DNA of 64,000 nt from Syntrophaceae bacterium (GTDB lineage Bacteria > Desulfobacterota > Syntrophia > Syntrophales > PHBD01), in assembly GCA_013177825.1 (NCBI GenBank), contig JABLXX010000005.1:359734-423733 (forward strand), given 5' to 3'. The notes under the pieces were generated by a model. The model was given only the letters and a program-made list of their open reading frames with translations, searched no databases and was not told where the DNA came from. The position numbers and the translations under genes are program-made. Below, in pieces: positions 1-7,952 of this stretch (the stretch's first letter is position 1; the number at the start of each line of letters is the position of its first letter).

Positions 1-777
1 CCGGATCTCGATGATACAGCCTATGCACTTATGTTTTATGAGGGGATGGGGGAAAAAACACCTTCTTCTTTATTAGATTTCCTCTCAGAATACAAAAACA
101 CCGACGGATTGTTCAAGACATATATGATCGAACTCTGGTGGCCTGATACACCTCCTGAGAAAAGACCCTTGAACAGTATGATAGCTCTTCGAAGGATGTT
201 ACTTGAAATGGACGATTATTCGTATGCAGCAACAAAAACAGACGAAGAGCTACTTTTAAATAATTTCGAGAATGATATTAACGAAGCTGTAAATGCCAAT
301 GTACTATCACTTTTTACCATGTCCGGTCTTCAATTGCCTGAAGTTGAAGATTTTCTCAATAATATAATCAGTTCAGGAAAATACCTGAATGGGTCCAGTT
401 ATTACCCTTCTCCGATGGCGTTTTTATATTTCCTATCAAGGGCTCATAAAGTCGGCGCCTCAAGATTAAACAAATCTCTTCCGATAATAACAGATTATTT
501 GCTTTCACCAGAGAAATATCATCACGGGTTGTTAAGCAACCTGGAAATGGCCATGTCAATAACATCGATAATTCGCTTTGATTTAGAAAGCCGTCACGTG
601 GAAAACAGAATTTCTTTATTATTGGAACACGTACAATCTGACGGTGGTTGGAAAAATGAACGCATTGTCTGGCCGAATGTGAAAGATATACCCACACCTA
701 ATTATGGATCACGATCCGTCAGTACCGCTTTTTGCCTTGAAGCACTTCAACATTATTATGAAACGATAAAAACATAG
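1..777 (+). CDS. Class II terpene cyclase-like protein (squalene-hopene cyclase / prenyltransferase alpha-alpha toroid repeat family), 5'-truncated by the window edge
   Basis: Frame 1 is open from nt 1 and reads PDLDDTAYAL before the first Met at 31. This is a DxDDTA Asp-rich motif as in class II cyclases. A QW-like QSDGGW motif lies near the C-terminus. About 250 aa follow the motif, similar to squalene-hopene cyclases. The gene is AT-rich. Confidence 0.5.
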   Translation, partial: PDLDDTAYALMFYEGMGEKTPSSLLDFLSEYKNTDGLFKTYMIELWWPDTPPEKRPLNSMIALRRMLLEMDDYSYAATKTDEELLLNNFENDINEAVNANVLSLFTMSGLQLPEVEDFLNNIISSGKYLNGSSYYPSPMAFLYFLSRAHKVGASRLNKSLPIITDYLLSPEKYHHGLLSNLEMAMSITSIIRFDLESRHVENRISLLLEHVQSDGGWKNERIVWPNVKDIPTPNYGSRSVSTAFCLEALQHYYETIKT

Positions 778-836
778 AATGAAATGATCGGCGGCGGGTC
801 ACCGGATCATCCAATTCATAATAAAGAGAGAGAATA

Positions 837-1859
837 ATGGAAGAATTCCATTCACAAAGCGAAAGCATGAGAGCCGCCCTGAACAATGAAATGCGGACGA
901 TTCTAAAGGCAGATGGTGAAATGCCGGATTGTCTCCACGGCATGATCCATTATCATATGGGATGGCGCGCCCCTGACTTGGGCATTACAAACGTCAACAC
1001 CGGCAAGCGAATTCGCCCTATGCTCCTCATGCTGGTGTGCCAGGCTTCGGGTGGCGACTGGAAGCAGGCCGTCCCTGCCGCGGCGGCGGTGGAACTGCTC
1101 CACAACTTTACCCTGATCCACGATGACATAGAAGACACCAACCCCACGCGCCGCGGGCGCGATACACTTTGGAAAATCTGGGGCATTGCACAGGCCATCA
1201 ACACCGGGGATGCCATCTTCGCTCTCGCTCACATCGCCCTGATGCGGCTGGCTGAACGCGGTCTTCCGGCAGAGCGCGTTCTGCGCGCAATTCGCAGGTT
1301 CGATGAAACCGGCGTCAGCCTGGCAAAAGGCCAGCATGCCGACCTCTGTTTTGAACGTCAGGAGATGATAAGCGTAGATGACTACATGGAAATGATTACA
1401 ATGAAGACGGCAGTCCTCCCGTCACTATGTGCCGAACTCGGGGCAATCATTGCCGGGGCGGACGATGATACGGTTGACCTCTACCGGCAGTTTGGTTTGA
1501 ACTTCGGACTGGCCTATCAGATTATTGACGATATTCTTGGTATCTGGGGTGATGAATCCTTCACGGGAAAACCTGTATCAACGGACATTGTATCCGGCAA
1601 GAAAACCCTCCCCATTCTTTACGGGCTGGAGAAAAGCATCGAGCTTCGCGAACTATATAGAAAGAACGAAAAAGACGATGACTTTATTCGTAAGGTTGTG
1701 ATTCTACTCAATCAGACCGGCGCTCGCAAGTTTTCCACTGAAAAAGCAGCCGCCTATTCCCGAAGCGCCGTTTCCTGCCTCGAGGCCGCTCGTCCTGAAG
1801 GCCCCGCCCGTGCCGCCCTTAATCAACTTGCGGATACATTACTCAACCGTAACTATTGA
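837..1859 (+). CDS. trans-Polyprenyl diphosphate synthase (GGPP synthase-like, short-chain type)
   Basis: First Asp-rich motif is LIHDDIEDTNPTRRGR (DDxxD without insertion), with Phe at position -5. Second motif is QIIDDILGIWGDE followed by GK. The GKRIRP substrate-binding segment is present. The gene is conspicuously GC-rich (line 1021-1080 hand count 41/60 G+C) relative to its neighbours. Confidence 0.85.
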   Translation: MEEFHSQSESMRAALNNEMRTILKADGEMPDCLHGMIHYHMGWRAPDLGITNVNTGKRIRPMLLMLVCQASGGDWKQAVPAAAAVELLHNFTLIHDDIEDTNPTRRGRDTLWKIWGIAQAINTGDAIFALAHIALMRLAERGLPAERVLRAIRRFDETGVSLAKGQHADLCFERQEMISVDDYMEMITMKTAVLPSLCAELGAIIAGADDDTVDLYRQFGLNFGLAYQIIDDILGIWGDESFTGKPVSTDIVSGKKTLPILYGLEKSIELRELYRKNEKDDDFIRKVVILLNQTGARKFSTEKAAAYSRSAVSCLEAARPEGPARAALNQLADTLLNRNY

Positions 1860-1869
1860 TCAGGCGCAA

Positions 1870-3549
1870 TCATAGAATTTTGTCGATTATTTTCTTCAGT
1901 TTCCACGTCTTTGAATTATAAATTTCACTTAAGGTCTTCTCATAGCTGTCAATATGCTTCTGTTTCAACTGATTATCACTTTCTAAGTATTGTATGTGTT
2001 GACCTTTTAGCCTGTTATCTTCTTCAACGCTTTCGATGTGCTCCTGTTTTAATCGATTATCGTTCTCGATGTTTCCAATGTGTTTCTGTTTTAATAAATT
2101 GTCTTTCTCAAGGTTTCGAATATGCTCCTGCTTCAACTGAATTTCACTTTCCAGATGTTGTATATGCTGCTGTTTCAGCCTGTTATCATTTTCCAAGTTT
2201 TCGATATGCTCTTGCTTAAGCATAATATCGTTTTCGATCTGCAACATATCCGACTTGCTTGCCGATAATTCAGACTGGATTTCCACCAATACAAGTTCTT
2301 TTTTCTTCAGGTCCTTGTACATGCTAACAAGATTATCAAGGTAATATAGTTCTACATCCTTATCTTTATCGTCGGCATTGATCACGTCACAATATATCGA
2401 ATACACAGTCTGTTCATATTCTTTAATAGTCGTTAGATCGCCAACAAGCGTTGTGCACAAATTATTATAATAAGCTCTGTCGGTGATGATTGTTTCAAGT
2501 TTGTTCGCTAAATCATCGATATTGCCGATTTCGAAGAATACTCCACCTCCCGAGAGCCTTTCCTTGAATGCACCGAACTGCGGAACCAATACGGGCACCT
2601 TCAACTGGAAAGCTTCAGAAAGGGCAAAAGAGTATGTCTCGAGAAATATGGATGGGAAAACCGCCAGATCAATATTCCGGGAAAAAAGATCTTTTCGTTC
2701 GTATGGCCCGTAAAAAGAAACGGGCAATCCTGCGGCCATCTCTTTCAACATCACTTCATAACGTTTATCATAAGCAATCCCCATTATGATAACCTCGAAG
2801 CCACGCATTCCCTTGCTGTAAAGCTTTTTCACCGCCTCGATGAGCAGATGAACACCTTTGTTATATCTGACAACCCCCCAGTATCCGACAACGAATGTGT
2901 CTTTAACCTCCCTCTTTTCATTCATGCACTTAATTTCACCAACACCATTTGGTACAACAATTACATGACCTATATTATAAAGTTCTATCAATTTTTCTTT
3001 AACAAACGATGTCGGTACAATAATTTTCGAAATAATTCTTAATTCCTGCTCCATTATTTTTTTTCTTAATACGGAATCGCACTCGAAAGAATCTTTCTGT
3101 AAGCATTCACCGCAATCGAAATCATGGCAGAAGCCATATTGATCCCTCAGATTGTCGAATCTCGGGCACTTTACATAGAAGTCCTGCAGCGTCGCCACCG
3201 AAGGGCAATTATATTGGCGACATATGGCGGCGATATTACCGGTCAGATTATGCCAGTGATGGATATGGGCAATGTCCGGTTTCATCTCCTCAAGCAGCTT
3301 CCGGACAAACACCTCTACAAGCGGATTATAAGGCTCGGCTATTTTTTTCGGATCATATTTTTCGACGTGAATCCGATATATCTCTATTCCATCAATAATC
3401 TCAAATTCGGGAAGCCTATTTAATGTGGGCATAATGATTATAACTCGATGTCCCGAAGCAATCTGAGCCTTGGATAATTCATGAACATAGATCTCCGTAC
3501 CTCCGACTGATTCCGGCAAAAATCCATGTATGAAATGAAATATAATCAT
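1870..3549 (-). CDS. GT4-family (GT-B, retaining) glycosyltransferase fused to a C-terminal coiled-coil repeat domain
   Basis: N-terminus is MIIFHFIHGFLPESVGGTEIYVHELS, typical of GT4. An EX7E motif (ETYSFALSE) is present. The C-terminal ~130 aa are 14-residue LKQxHIxxLExDNx repeats. The stop lies 10 nt from the convergent prenyl synthase stop. Confidence 0.7.
   Translation of the reverse strand: MIIFHFIHGFLPESVGGTEIYVHELSKAQIASGHRVIIIMPTLNRLPEFEIIDGIEIYRIHVEKYDPKKIAEPYNPLVEVFVRKLLEEMKPDIAHIHHWHNLTGNIAAICRQYNCPSVATLQDFYVKCPRFDNLRDQYGFCHDFDCGECLQKDSFECDSVLRKKIMEQELRIISKIIVPTSFVKEKLIELYNIGHVIVVPNGVGEIKCMNEKREVKDTFVVGYWGVVRYNKGVHLLIEAVKKLYSKGMRGFEVIIMGIAYDKRYEVMLKEMAAGLPVSFYGPYERKDLFSRNIDLAVFPSIFLETYSFALSEAFQLKVPVLVPQFGAFKERLSGGGVFFEIGNIDDLANKLETIITDRAYYNNLCTTLVGDLTTIKEYEQTVYSIYCDVINADDKDKDVELYYLDNLVSMYKDLKKKELVLVEIQSELSASKSDMLQIENDIMLKQEHIENLENDNRLKQQHIQHLESEIQLKQEHIRNLEKDNLLKQKHIGNIENDNRLKQEHIESVEEDNRLKGQHIQYLESDNQLKQKHIDSYEKTLSEIYNSKTWKLKKIIDKIL
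1951..2244 (-). repeat. Imperfect 42-bp tandem repeat, 7 copies, in-frame inside the GT4 gene
   Basis: Read directly. Units start at 1951, 1993, 2035, 2077, 2119, 2161 and 2203. Each resembles (a/g/t)atatgctcctgtttcaa-ctgattatc-N-ttc and encodes one 14-aa double heptad. Confidence 0.85.
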
Positions 3550-4640
3550 TTTCCGAGACGTTCCTCTAATTGCCGATAAAATTCTACCTTCAGAGATTGC
3601 CGTTTCTCTGAAAAAGGAAGCGGCGGTTCATAAAAAAGAACGAAATCTTTTATTCTTTGCTTTTCTAATCTAGCCAACTTTGAATAGTACGGCCACAATC
3701 CCTTCAAGATTAATTTGTACGCCTTTATTCTAACCAGCCTGAGACTTACAGAAAAGGCATGGTATGGATCGAACCCTTTTTCAGGGTCACCCTGAAGGAC
3801 CTTTTTGAGAATCTCCTTTTCCTCGGGGGTTCCACAATGATGAATGAATGATATAAAGTAGTTGTGCCTTCCATCCTCAATATTTTCAATGATATCGGAT
3901 GCATCCGCCAGCATTTCGATGCCGACGCCGAACAGGCGGAAATTTTCCTTCATCGACGCTATATTAAACGGTGAACTTACCCTTAATGATTCCATAATCA
4001 CCGTTATCATCTGGTCATGATACCCGCCTTCGGCATTGATCAGTCCATTTTCAATCTCTGAAGGGGGAAGGATATCACCCTTTATAAATTCATACTTAAT
4101 TACCTCTGCTCCCATTTTAAACAAGTGATCGAATATTGCCCTCTGCATCTCTCCGATGTCTTTTTCACTGAAGATTCGTATGCCCCACTTCTTTTTCCGC
4201 CTGTATTCCCTGTAACAATCCTCCAGCACCTTTGCAGTCATCCACATCTGCGTGGCAAGAGTAAGGCGAGGATGCTTTAAGGGTATATCAAACGGAACAC
4301 TCCATACGAACTGGCCATCCGAAATGTCATCGGCAATTTCCACCAAGGCGCCATAACAGTAAGTTATTTCGCCCAGGAGTATTCTTTCGTGGAGCGGTAT
4401 TTGCAGCTTCTCATAAATATACTGCTTTAAAATATGGAAATATCGCCACCCTGTCGACAGTTGGTTTCCCTTTGACATTGACGTCTTGAAAACAACATTC
4501 GCTTTATTATAAATATCTTCCTCGATAGCAAGATATTCACTGATTGCCTGCTCAAGCTCTATCAGAAGAGACTCAACGGTTTTCTCGATTTCATTCGTTA
4601 CAATTACCATTCGATTATTCGAGCCCTCTTTTTCATGCAA
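3546..4640 (-). CDS. Hypothetical protein with isoprenoid-synthase-like Asp-rich motifs (divergent prenyl/terpene synthase fold candidate)
   Basis: Contains VEIADDISDG (a canonical DDxxD) about 130 aa upstream of a degenerate acidic motif, LADASDIIENIEDGRHN. The sequence looks predominantly helical. Its stop overlaps the GT4 start by 4 nt (ATGA), suggesting translational coupling. The functional call is weak. Confidence 0.35.
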   Translation of the reverse strand: MHEKEGSNNRMVIVTNEIEKTVESLLIELEQAISEYLAIEEDIYNKANVVFKTSMSKGNQLSTGWRYFHILKQYIYEKLQIPLHERILLGEITYCYGALVEIADDISDGQFVWSVPFDIPLKHPRLTLATQMWMTAKVLEDCYREYRRKKKWGIRIFSEKDIGEMQRAIFDHLFKMGAEVIKYEFIKGDILPPSEIENGLINAEGGYHDQMITVIMESLRVSSPFNIASMKENFRLFGVGIEMLADASDIIENIEDGRHNYFISFIHHCGTPEEKEILKKVLQGDPEKGFDPYHAFSVSLRLVRIKAYKLILKGLWPYYSKLARLEKQRIKDFVLFYEPPLPFSEKRQSLKVEFYRQLEERLGK

Positions 4641-5119
4641 TGAAGCATCAACTGGGGAAAAGTCAAATCATGCATTGCTCACATGCGGGTCGTAAAAAGT
4701 CCTGCCAATCAGGAAAAGATTCGGCTTTCACTTTACAAGGAAAAGCCCCCCACATGCATTGACAACGATTATCTTTTTGCCGATGATATCGAAAGGCCCG
4801 CCAAAAGGCAACAAGCGATTATAGAACCAATGAGAATCGGCACGTGACCCGACCATCTTTTTCAATTCATACATCGTCTCATCGTTATAAAAAGAAATCC
4901 ACTTGACCTGCCATCATCTTCCTGATAGACAATATCACCTTAAAATATATAAGTTTTTTTGGCACAGACCCCCGATCTACGCAACATTGGGAAAATTGAA
5001 GTTGGATGAAAACACACTTTGCGATGAAAAGATCATCATCAAGTGTGGTCCCCTTTCCTAGTCCTATTATTCATAACGAGATCTGTATAATAAATCGAGA
5101 ATAGAGGATCTTTCTATCA

Positions 5120-5482
5120 ATGAAAACAACCCTTATGATTTTAACGGTGGCATTCTGTAACGTTCTCAGCCAACTGGTTTTGAAAAAAGGCGTAATCTCT
5201 CTTGGCATCGACCGTGTTGATTTGTCTTATTTACCAAGGGTCTTCACATCACCGTATGTTCTTGCCGCCCTGACGATCCAGGTTTTCAGTTATATTGTCT
5301 GGCTCTTTGTCCTCGCAAAGGCAAACCTCGGATACGCTGCAGGGCTTTCTGGGGCCTTGTTTTACATCATACTGGCAATGCTGGGATGGATGTTATTCAA
5401 CGAACGGCTGACCCCTCTGCAATGGATCGGCCTGGCATTGATCTCGTCCGGCGTGTTCTGTCTCGTTACCAGGACAATCTGA
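5120..5482 (+). CDS. Small 4-TM EamA/SMR-like membrane protein (ArnE/ArnF-like flippase subunit for polyprenyl-phosphate sugars)
   Basis: 120 aa with four hydrophobic segments. The N-terminus MKTTLMILTVAFCNVLSQLVLKKG resembles ArnE/EamA-type small transporters. It lies immediately upstream of the GT2 genes. Confidence 0.5.
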   Translation: MKTTLMILTVAFCNVLSQLVLKKGVISLGIDRVDLSYLPRVFTSPYVLAALTIQVFSYIVWLFVLAKANLGYAAGLSGALFYIILAMLGWMLFNERLTPLQWIGLALISSGVFCLVTRTI

Positions 5483-5496
5483 TCTGATAACCGGTC

Positions 5497-6573
5497 ATGA
5501 CAAAAAAAATCGCCGTTATCATCAGCCCCAATTATCTCGATCATGCCGTAAAATATCTGCCCGATTGCATCGAAAGCCTCCGGAGGCAAGACTGGAGAGG
5601 AGAAAAAAAGATCTTTATCACAGACAACCAGACCACCGATAAAAGCTATGAATTTCTGAAAGAAACAGCTCCGGAGGTCGAGGTTGTCCGAAACGAAGAA
5701 AATGACGGATTTGCGAAGGGGAACAACGATGCAATGCGGTTGGCTCTACAAGAGTCCTTCGATTACATTATTTTGTTCAACATGGATTCCGTCATTGCGC
5801 CCGATTGCATCACTCAACTGGTGGAAACAGCGGAAAGAAGCTCCCTGATAGGCGCAGTGCAAGCCAGAATCATGTTTTGGCCTGAAAAAGACAAGGTAAA
5901 CAGCTTGGGCAATGTGTCTCATTTCTTAGGATTCGGCTATTGCGACGGATATGGAGAAGGTCTGCGCGACGTGTCTTTACAAGCCATGAAGAAAATCTGT
6001 TATCCATCGGGTGCAGCGGTCTTGTATAAAAAAGAGGTGTTGGAAAAGGTCGGTCTCTTTGACGAAGAGTTCTGGATGTACAACGAAGATCAGGATCTGG
6101 GCTGGAGGATATGGCTCGCAGGGTGGCAATGCGTTCTTGCGGAACGTGCGATTGTGTATCACAAGTATGAATATTCACGGAACACCGGCAAATATTATTG
6201 GCTGGACAGGAACCGCATCCTGGCAATGCTCAAGAATTACCACATGGTCACTCTCCTGTTTATTTCATTTGCCTTTTTTGTCATGGAGTTTGGTCTCCTG
6301 CTCTTTGCTTTCCAGAACGGCTGGCTCAAGGGAAAAATGAACGTTTATAAATATTTCCTGAAAAAAAGAACCTGGCAATACATCGCAGCCGAAAGGGAAA
6401 AAACACAAGCGTTACGAAAAGTTCACGATCGGGATATCATTACGATGTTCAGCGGACGTATATGGTATCCGGAGATTGGAGGCTTGCAACTCCGGCTGGC
6501 TAACCAATTTTTTTCTCTTTACTGGTTCGCAGTCAAAAGAATCGTGGCGCTGAAACCGGCATCTATTGACTGA
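5497..6573 (+). CDS. GT2-family glycosyltransferase (rhamnosyltransferase-like) with C-terminal membrane segment
   Basis: Begins IAVIISPNY, followed by FITDNQTTDKS, FAKGNNDA and YNEDQDLGWR motifs typical of GT-A/GT2. A hydrophobic stretch (MVTLLFISFAFFVMEFGLLLFAF) is present. Confidence 0.7.
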   Translation: MTKKIAVIISPNYLDHAVKYLPDCIESLRRQDWRGEKKIFITDNQTTDKSYEFLKETAPEVEVVRNEENDGFAKGNNDAMRLALQESFDYIILFNMDSVIAPDCITQLVETAERSSLIGAVQARIMFWPEKDKVNSLGNVSHFLGFGYCDGYGEGLRDVSLQAMKKICYPSGAAVLYKKEVLEKVGLFDEEFWMYNEDQDLGWRIWLAGWQCVLAERAIVYHKYEYSRNTGKYYWLDRNRILAMLKNYHMVTLLFISFAFFVMEFGLLLFAFQNGWLKGKMNVYKYFLKKRTWQYIAAEREKTQALRKVHDRDIITMFSGRIWYPEIGGLQLRLANQFFSLYWFAVKRIVALKPASID

Positions 6574-6665
6574 CCCATTGCCGTCCCTTTTCGGCCCGTC
6601 CCGCAAATCTGTTCCTAAGGAGATGTACAATCTGGAGAATTTATTTATAAAAAGGAAATAATTCC

Positions 6666-7376
6666 ATGAATGCCAGAGCATGCATCATCGTTCCGGCTTT
6701 CAATGAAGAAAAGCAGATTGCCGCGGTCATTGAAAGCATAAGACTACACAGCCGTGCCGGTATCATCGTCATCGACGACGGTTCCAGGGACCGGACGGTG
6801 GAAGTGGTTAAAGAAACAGGGACACTCGTGATACGGCACCCTTTCAATATAGGGTATGGCGTCGCGGTTCAGACCGGATATAAATATGCTTTTGAAAAAG
6901 GCTATGATTTTCTCCTTCAAATGGATGCCGATGGCCAGCACCTTCCACAATATATACCCGATCTTTTTGCCATGGTTGAGAGTAAAAAGTGCGACATAGC
7001 CATCGGCAGCCGTTTTCTGGGAAGTAGCTACTTCCCGGTGGGCTTGCTGAAACTGATGGGAATCAGGCTGTTCAGGATCATCATTAAAGTTACAACCGGC
7101 CAAACCATAACGGACCCGACTTCCGGATATCGCTGCATGAACCGCAAAGTTCTTGAGAAATTTACCGAAGACAGTTTTCCTGTAGACTACCCCGATGCGA
7201 ACATCATGATCTTTCTCCACCGGATGGGCTTCAGAATCGCGGAACTGCCCGTGACAATGGCTCCGAACCCGGAGGGAAGATACATGCATCAGGGATTGTT
7301 GAAGATATCTTACTATGTTTTCAAAATGTTTTTATCCATTCTCGTGATTCTTTTGAGAAAAAAAGAAAACCAATAG
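6666..7376 (+). CDS. GT2 polyprenol-phosphate glycosyltransferase (DPM1/GtrB/ArnC-like)
   Basis: Contains IIVPAFNEEKQI, VIDDGSRDRT and a QMDADGQH DxD motif. A C-terminal TM anchor (ISYYVFKMFLSILVILL) is present. At 236 aa, the size and architecture match GtrB/ArnC-type enzymes. Confidence 0.75.
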   Translation: MNARACIIVPAFNEEKQIAAVIESIRLHSRAGIIVIDDGSRDRTVEVVKETGTLVIRHPFNIGYGVAVQTGYKYAFEKGYDFLLQMDADGQHLPQYIPDLFAMVESKKCDIAIGSRFLGSSYFPVGLLKLMGIRLFRIIIKVTTGQTITDPTSGYRCMNRKVLEKFTEDSFPVDYPDANIMIFLHRMGFRIAELPVTMAPNPEGRYMHQGLLKISYYVFKMFLSILVILLRKKENQ

Positions 7377-7389
7377 AAGGAGACGGATC

Positions 7390-7755
7390 ATGACAACCCA
7401 TCAAGAGATCTTCGCTGTTATCATGAGTGTGACGATCTTTGTGGTCATCATAACCCTGGTGAGGAACCGCAAACTAAAAGAAGAATTCTCATGGTTGTGG
7501 CTGCTGATTGGAGTCGCCGTTATCATTCCCGTCTTCTGGTACGATTTTCTCGTTAAATTGACGTCTTGGATAGGAGCTGTAGAGGCAACAACGACGCTGT
7601 TTATCTTCAGCATCCTGTTTCTTTTTTTTATTGCGCTCCATTCCGCAATAAAGGTGTCTCAGATGAGCATTCAATTGAAGAATCTTGCCCAGCAAATAAG
7701 CCTGCTCGAAGCCGAGAAAGATCGTATATCAAAGCACATTGAAGAGCACACATGA
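7390..7755 (+). CDS. DUF2304-like small membrane protein (commonly paired with GtrB-type GT2)
   Basis: 121 aa with three TM segments. The RNRKLKEEFSWLWLLIG signature is followed by a C-terminal coiled-coil tail. The gene starts 14 nt after the GT2 gene. Confidence 0.5.
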   Translation: MTTHQEIFAVIMSVTIFVVIITLVRNRKLKEEFSWLWLLIGVAVIIPVFWYDFLVKLTSWIGAVEATTTLFIFSILFLFFIALHSAIKVSQMSIQLKNLAQQISLLEAEKDRISKHIEEHT

Positions 7756-7952
7756 ATCGCCTCGACCTGCTTTTTTTAATACCTGGATCTCATGATATAT
7801 AAAATCACAATCAATATTATCAGGGATTGAAATTATAAATATGCACATTCAATAACGGGTGAGAGCTGACGGCCCCTCATATATATAAAGTTGGAAACAT
7901 AGATGGCTTTTATAAAGGACGGTGATCTTCCATCAAACAGGACCAAATTCAC

